Assembly: GCA_964500645.1 (NCBI GenBank)
Contig: CAZCOH010000003.1
Span: 23,536 to 87,535, forward strand
Length of the DNA stretch: 64,000 nt
Origin: an uncultured Dehalococcoidia bacterium
GTDB lineage: Bacteria; Chloroflexota; Dehalococcoidia; Lucifugimonadales; UBA826
Direction of reading: 5' to 3'
The stretch's first letter is position 1, and the number at the start of each line of letters is the position of its first letter. Of the stretch, positions 59,303-64,000 are shown one piece after another. The position numbers and the translations under genes were made by a program. A model generated the notes under the pieces. It searched no databases. It had not been told where the DNA came from and worked only from the letters and a program-made list of their open reading frames with translations.

Positions 59303-60202
59303 ATGGAACTTAGAGAACTGAAAAGTTTTGTGGCTGCCGCTCGTCATAGCAGCGTGTCGAAGGCGGCAGAAGAGCTGGGGCTGGGTCAACCTACGGTTAC
59401 GACTCATGTTAAAAAGTTAGAGAAAGAGTTGTCTATGGTGCTTTTTGATAGGATAACTAGACCAATACGGCTTACTCTGTCGGGTCAAGCTATTTTTGAA
59501 TTAGTAGAACCTTTGATTGATGGGATCGAGTCTCTCGCTTCTCGGACCTCGGAGGCTGAAGAACGTGGACCAGTTACGATCGCTTCGACCCCCGATATTA
59601 TTCCTCATACCCTGTTGAGGGTTGTTAGAGTTTTTAATGAACTCTACCCCAATGTATATCTCAAGATACTTTCAGCAACAAGAACAGAAGTTATATCTAT
59701 GGTCAGAAAAGGTGAGATAGATGCCGGAATAATCCAATACCCTGAAAGAGGCGATGATTTAGATTTTGAACCTTTGTTTCTGTATGAAAGAGTTTTGATA
59801 GCTCCGAGAGATCACGATCTTCTTTCCAAACCAATAGATTCGTTAGATCCAATCGCTGATTATCCTCTCATTTTAATGGCGAGAGGCACCTATACACGTC
59901 ATATTCTTGAAGAACAACTTCAAAAAAGAGGTCTAAATTATGAGGTGATCATGGAACTAGAGAGCATGGATATGATAAAGAAATTTGTATCTCTTGGAAT
60001 GGGCGTCTCTATAGGTCCAAGATTAGCTATTGAGGAAGAAGATTTAAATGAACTAGGTATGATCAGTCTCGCTAATTTTCTTCCAGTGGATCAGGCTGGC
60101 TTACTCACATTACCTGGAAAGACACTTTCAACGCCGGCGTCTCAATTCATGTCTGTTATGAGAGAAACACTTAGGGTCTCAGAAGATGATCAGACAGTTT
60201 AA
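59303..60202 (+). CDS. LysR-family transcriptional regulator
   Basis: SVSKAAEELGLGQPTVTTHVKKLEKEL..LFDR helix-turn-helix. Confidence 0.92.
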   Translation: MELRELKSFVAAARHSSVSKAAEELGLGQPTVTTHVKKLEKELSMVLFDRITRPIRLTLSGQAIFELVEPLIDGIESLASRTSEAEERGPVTIASTPDIIPHTLLRVVRVFNELYPNVYLKILSATRTEVISMVRKGEIDAGIIQYPERGDDLDFEPLFLYERVLIAPRDHDLLSKPIDSLDPIADYPLILMARGTYTRHILEEQLQKRGLNYEVIMELESMDMIKKFVSLGMGVSIGPRLAIEEEDLNELGMISLANFLPVDQAGLLTLPGKTLSTPASQFMSVMRETLRVSEDDQTV

Positions 60203-61187
60203 CGTCTACTAGTTTGGCGGTTACCAACTGACGATGGTCATAGTAAGGTCTATTTGAGCATGTCACCAAAACTATGTGATCATTACCAGGGTCATACAGT
60301 TCCAGGTCCGATTCATGTAATACTTGTGATTTGATGGCCTGATATACAAACTCGTTTTTGTCAGTGGAGAGTAGGACGTAAACTGGGTCACCGTCTCTTA
60401 GCATGTCGGCTATGTCTGGGAGATTATGAAAAACGTTTCCTTCGCTTTTAATAGGGCTTTCCAAATGCCCGAAATACCAACCTGTTACGCTTATGTCATA
60501 ATCCTTATTATATGGAATTCTTCCGACAATATTTTTCGGTGTTTCATATTGCCATTCACCATCTTTTTGTACTATTTGTAGATTCTCTATGGTGGAATCG
60601 ACTCCAATTGCTGGGATTTGCATGTTGACAGGTATTTGCATCAGATCAGCGATAGTTAAATCTTCAATTCTTTCTGACGACCCCATAGCAGTAATAATTT
60701 GAGGACTTTCATTTTTGACAGCCCACATTGGGTCTGCCCAATCTTTAGGATGAGCCAAAGACGCAAAGTTATCTAAGGCATACCCGTTTAATAAAGGAGT
60801 AATAGAATGGGATTCTACAGGGAGTTCTGTGTTTGTAGCCTTTGGTTGGGGCGTTGAAACAAGTAAGGTCTTCTCCTGATAATATTTTTTTTCCTCAGCA
60901 GATAAATCTGTTGTGTTTTCTGGCAGGTGTACTGGTTTGTTATCTGGTGTTATGAAAGATTTACTGGATTGTTCATTAGCATGAACAAAGTCGCTGTTAG
61001 AGTTTTTTTTATCAATGACCATGATTTTAGTCACGTCAGTATTTGCGAGTGGAATTGATGCGTTCAAATCATCAAGTTGGCTTCCTGAGTAAAGCCCCAA
61101 TATGTACATAGATGCTGCAAACAAAATTAGGACCGAACCAATTGTTGCCAAGATTACGCCTAATGTTTTTTGTCCAGGTAATTTCAT
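60171..61187 (-). CDS. Sortase-domain protein with an N-terminal TM anchor and long linker
   Basis: MQIPAIGVD, FGHL..VFHNL..GD, LVTC...R: the His/Cys/Arg triad pattern is intact. Confidence 0.82.
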   Translation of the reverse strand: MKLPGQKTLGVILATIGSVLILFAASMYILGLYSGSQLDDLNASIPLANTDVTKIMVIDKKNSNSDFVHANEQSSKSFITPDNKPVHLPENTTDLSAEEKKYYQEKTLLVSTPQPKATNTELPVESHSITPLLNGYALDNFASLAHPKDWADPMWAVKNESPQIITAMGSSERIEDLTIADLMQIPVNMQIPAIGVDSTIENLQIVQKDGEWQYETPKNIVGRIPYNKDYDISVTGWYFGHLESPIKSEGNVFHNLPDIADMLRDGDPVYVLLSTDKNEFVYQAIKSQVLHESDLELYDPGNDHIVLVTCSNRPYYDHRQLVTAKLVDVKLSDHLLRP

Positions 61188-61277
61188 ATGTACACGTAAC
61201 GCAAATTCATTAATCTTATGTAATTGACTGTTACAAGCGAATTATACGTTAATTGACTGTCTTAATATTGGCCTTGA

Positions 61278-61321
61278 AATTAAAAAGGGAGACCAAATTT
61301 AATTGGTCTCCCTTTTTAATT
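61278..61321. terminator. Bidirectional intrinsic terminator
   Basis: Perfect 19-bp inverted repeat AATTAAAAAGGGAGACCAA with a 6-nt loop. Confidence 0.88.
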
Positions 61322-61332
61322 CTGCCTGGTGA

Positions 61333-61545
61333 TTATCTGATTCTGGGAGAGTGAGACGCTCCACTAGCTATAGGTTCATTCAAATAAACGTCACCGTTAC
61401 GGATTTTGATATTGAATCCGCAGCTTGGGTTACTGCAAACCCAGGCCTTGTAGTGAATTGGTGCCCCTTGGCTTCCGAAATCAGATAATGGCAGCAGGCT
61501 TCCATCACTGCATTCCCTGCAATCGGGATATGCGCTTTCAGTCAT
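61333..61545 (-). CDS. Small four-Cys (Zn-ribbon-like) hypothetical protein, 70 aa
   Basis: AGGAG 7 nt before ATG 61545; CREC...LLPLSD...KAWVCSNPSC; followed by its own terminator. Confidence 0.8.
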   Translation of the reverse strand: MTESAYPDCRECSDGSLLPLSDFGSQGAPIHYKAWVCSNPSCGFNIKIRNGDVYLNEPIASGASHSPRIR

Positions 61546-61938
61546 ATACACACTCCTATCTTCCCAGCATTCTATTTAAAATTACAGGTTCAAGACTAGC
61601 ATGCTTGTGACAAAAAGAACAAGTATTAATTTGCAATACTGGATTTAATATCTTAATAATTGTGATTTAGAAATAAACGTGAAATTAGAGTTTCCTTTCA
61701 TTATAGTTTTTCGTTAAATGTCCAATTTATTTGGATACATGGTTAGTGAGTTTGTAACAATGAACTCGACATCTATATATTTATTGGTTTATGGAGTCTT
61801 GAAACATGGGTGAAATTAAATCTATCCAACATGGTGATAATTGTAGAAATCCTTCTATGCAGGGTTTCTACACAAGGATTTGCCTTCAATGTAAATTTTG
61901 ATTAGTTACATGGAAAATAATTTGCATACCGTGCAGTG

Positions 61939-62772
61939 TTAGCCAAATAATTTCAGTGCTGTTAATGATTTTATTTGTCTTTTTGTAAGTGGATCAAAGC
62001 CAGATCTGTCGATCTGCTTGAGAATTACATTTGGATTTACCAAAGGGTAGTCGCTGCCAAATAATATTTTATTTGATCCACAGATTTTTTCTACTACTTG
62101 GAAAATCCTAGGATCGTAAAGCAGATTCGTTGCGGCGGTATCAAAATAAACATTTGAAAAAGTAGCATCAACCTCAGGCATTAATAAATAAAAAGGTAGA
62201 CCTCCACCCCAGTGGGCTAGAATAATTTCAGATTGAGGAAAATTCGAGACAAATTCTCCGACAGTTTTTGGATAAGTGGTGCCCTTACCTGAATATTTGT
62301 GCCCAACCGGTTCTGAACAATGAATTACAACAGGTATATTTTTAGCATTAGCTAATTGCATGAATGGTTCCATCAAAGAATGTTTACCTAAGTCAACTCC
62401 GAGGTTGGTTGTGTGGATTTCTCCAATACCCCGAGATCCTCTTATCACGCATCGTTCAGCTTCATAGATAGCTTTAGGTTCACCGGAGGGTATAATTCCG
62501 GTCACTGGAATAAGTCTATCTGGGTATTTTGAGGAGGATTCTAATAAATAGTCGTTGACGTATTGATTTAATGAATGATCCGTCCATCCCATTCCCATCA
62601 CCACTGAAATTTCGATACCATGTTCATCCATACAATCTATTAATGCTTCGGCTGTGCTAGTTTTACTTCTTGGGTTAAACAATTCATTTAAAGTAGAATC
62701 GTTTTTTGAGTATTTGGATAGATTTTTGGTAATTTCTAATGGCAGAATATGTGTGTGGCTGTCTACGATCAT
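61939..62772 (-). CDS. Amidohydrolase (amidohydro_2-like) metalloenzyme
   Basis: DSHTH, GIGEIH, IHC, AHWGGG, LFGSDYP. Confidence 0.88.
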   Translation of the reverse strand: MIVDSHTHILPLEITKNLSKYSKNDSTLNELFNPRSKTSTAEALIDCMDEHGIEISVVMGMGWTDHSLNQYVNDYLLESSSKYPDRLIPVTGIIPSGEPKAIYEAERCVIRGSRGIGEIHTTNLGVDLGKHSLMEPFMQLANAKNIPVVIHCSEPVGHKYSGKGTTYPKTVGEFVSNFPQSEIILAHWGGGLPFYLLMPEVDATFSNVYFDTAATNLLYDPRIFQVVEKICGSNKILFGSDYPLVNPNVILKQIDRSGFDPLTKRQIKSLTALKLFG

Positions 62773-62891
62773 ATTTTGTCCTGTTAAAAGGTCGTAAATT
62801 TTTAAAATTTGTTACTTGGACGGCAATGGATTGCCGATTGTATTAATTATTCTGCACTAACAAATTGTAAAGTGTAAATTGGGAGTGTTTT

Positions 62892-63929
62892 ATGAAGGCT
62901 GTTTATCTAGAGCAACATGGGGGCCCAGAGGTTTTGATCTATGGAGAAGTGGAAGATCAGCCAATGGGGGCATCAGAGGTTAGAATAAAAGTTAGAGCCT
63001 GTGCCCTTAATAGATTGGATCTTTATACCAGAGCAGGTCTTAGAGGTACTACTATCGATTTTGATGGACCTCATGTACTGGGTGCCGATGTGTCAGGTGA
63101 AATCGTTGAGGTAGGTAGTGAGGTAAAAAACCTAAGTGAGAATATGAGGGTACTTGTAAATCCTCGGATTACATGTATGCAATGCAGGTATTGCCTTTCA
63201 GGGAAAACTGAGTTTTGTCCAAAATCTTCAATGGTTGGGTCTAGCAAATTTGGTGGATACGCGGAATTTATAGTCGTTCCTGCTTCTTCAGTAATCCCGA
63301 TTCCCGATGTTTTAGATTTCGTACAGGCTGCTTCTCTACCTACAGTATTTATGCCTTCATGGAACATATTGGTTAGGACAGCTCAATTACAGCCATGGGA
63401 GACAGCTCTTGTTCCATCTGCTTCTAGCGGCGTAGGTACTGCGGCTATACAGGTTGCAAAGAATATTTGTGGTTCCAAAGTAATTGCAACCACAAGTACA
63501 GACGCAAAAGTCTCAAAAGCATTGGATATCGGTGCGGATTATGCCCTTAACTACAGAGAGGATAATTTATCTGAAAAAATTAAAGAAATCACCCAAGGGG
63601 TTGGTATAGACGTGGTAATTGACCATGTTGGAACTGACTTGTGGAATGCTATTAACAGAAGCCTCGCAGTTGGGGCCAGGTATGGTATATGTGGGGTGAC
63701 GTCAGGGTACCGTGCTGAACTACAAATGGGAGCAATGTTCACGCGATATTTAACAATGTTCGGCGTATTTATGGGAAGACCAGAAGATCTGAGACAGATT
63801 ATATTCCACGCTGGACAGGGAAATATTAAGGGCGTTATAAGTAATACATATCCATTGGAAGATGCTAGGAAAGCTCACGAAGATATGGAAGATCTCAATT
63901 TCTTTGGTAAGTTGGTACTCACACTATAA
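62892..63929 (+). CDS. MDR-superfamily (Zn-binding ADH/quinone reductase-like) oxidoreductase
   Basis: GGPEVL, CALNRLD, structural Zn site CMQCRYC...C, SSGVG, FFGKLVL. Confidence 0.9.
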   Translation: MKAVYLEQHGGPEVLIYGEVEDQPMGASEVRIKVRACALNRLDLYTRAGLRGTTIDFDGPHVLGADVSGEIVEVGSEVKNLSENMRVLVNPRITCMQCRYCLSGKTEFCPKSSMVGSSKFGGYAEFIVVPASSVIPIPDVLDFVQAASLPTVFMPSWNILVRTAQLQPWETALVPSASSGVGTAAIQVAKNICGSKVIATTSTDAKVSKALDIGADYALNYREDNLSEKIKEITQGVGIDVVIDHVGTDLWNAINRSLAVGARYGICGVTSGYRAELQMGAMFTRYLTMFGVFMGRPEDLRQIIFHAGQGNIKGVISNTYPLEDARKAHEDMEDLNFFGKLVLTL

Positions 63930-64000
63930 CCAATCTTATTTAGAACTTAGAAGATTACTTTAGGCACTAAAATATAATTTCTAAGGTCTGGTTGCTGGGG

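Noticed and set aside
994-63742. Numerous 60-185 aa antisense or alternate-frame ORFs in the track (e.g. 14758..15186, 25781..26338, 36289..36786, 54960..55610)
   Set aside because: They lie within well-supported genes, show no recognisable motifs and look like shadow ORFs.
1-64000. CRISPR array, IS element, prophage or rRNA
   Set aside because: No regularly spaced repeats, transposase/integrase/phage ORFs or rRNA-like tracts were seen.

Overview
AT-rich, gene-dense bacterial chromosome segment. I saw no integrase, transposase, phage gene or CRISPR array. A T-box riboswitch, RNase J, a sortase, a caa3 oxidase, the Chlor_Arch_YYY/TIGR03663 pair and a reductive-dehalogenase-like gene together point to a monoderm Chloroflexota. 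An aerobic Dehalococcoidia such as SAR202 fits best; this is inference only. Left to right: thiolase-fold protein plus DUF35 partner; DUF971; hpt; a probable operon of DUF1998 helicase, cytoplasmic RdhA-like Fe-S protein and an Rdx-family selenoprotein that the ORF track truncates (in-frame UGA, CxxU, SECIS-like hairpin); TauE; thrS-infC-rpmI-rplT; a complete caa3 oxidase operon with assembly genes; tRNA-Pro(CGG); a giant adaptor protein with a MacB-like permease but no ATPase; an MFS transporter; a type-E (HdrB-anchored) succinate dehydrogenase; a Leu T-box ahead of ilvBNC-leuACD; ftsK, rnj, udg, aroE, mutS; a stand-alone nuoEFG-like module plus FNR behind a Rex-like box; an archaeal-type GT-C glycosylation cluster; amidase, ftsY, LysR, sortase, a small Zn-ribbon protein, an amidohydrolase and an MDR oxidoreductase. 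The best candidates for undescribed systems are the RdhA-like/selenoprotein operon, the symmetric long-hairpin adaptor exporter, and the catalytically silent FDH-like NuoEFG-FNR module. All family assignments come from motif recognition by eye; no database search was run.
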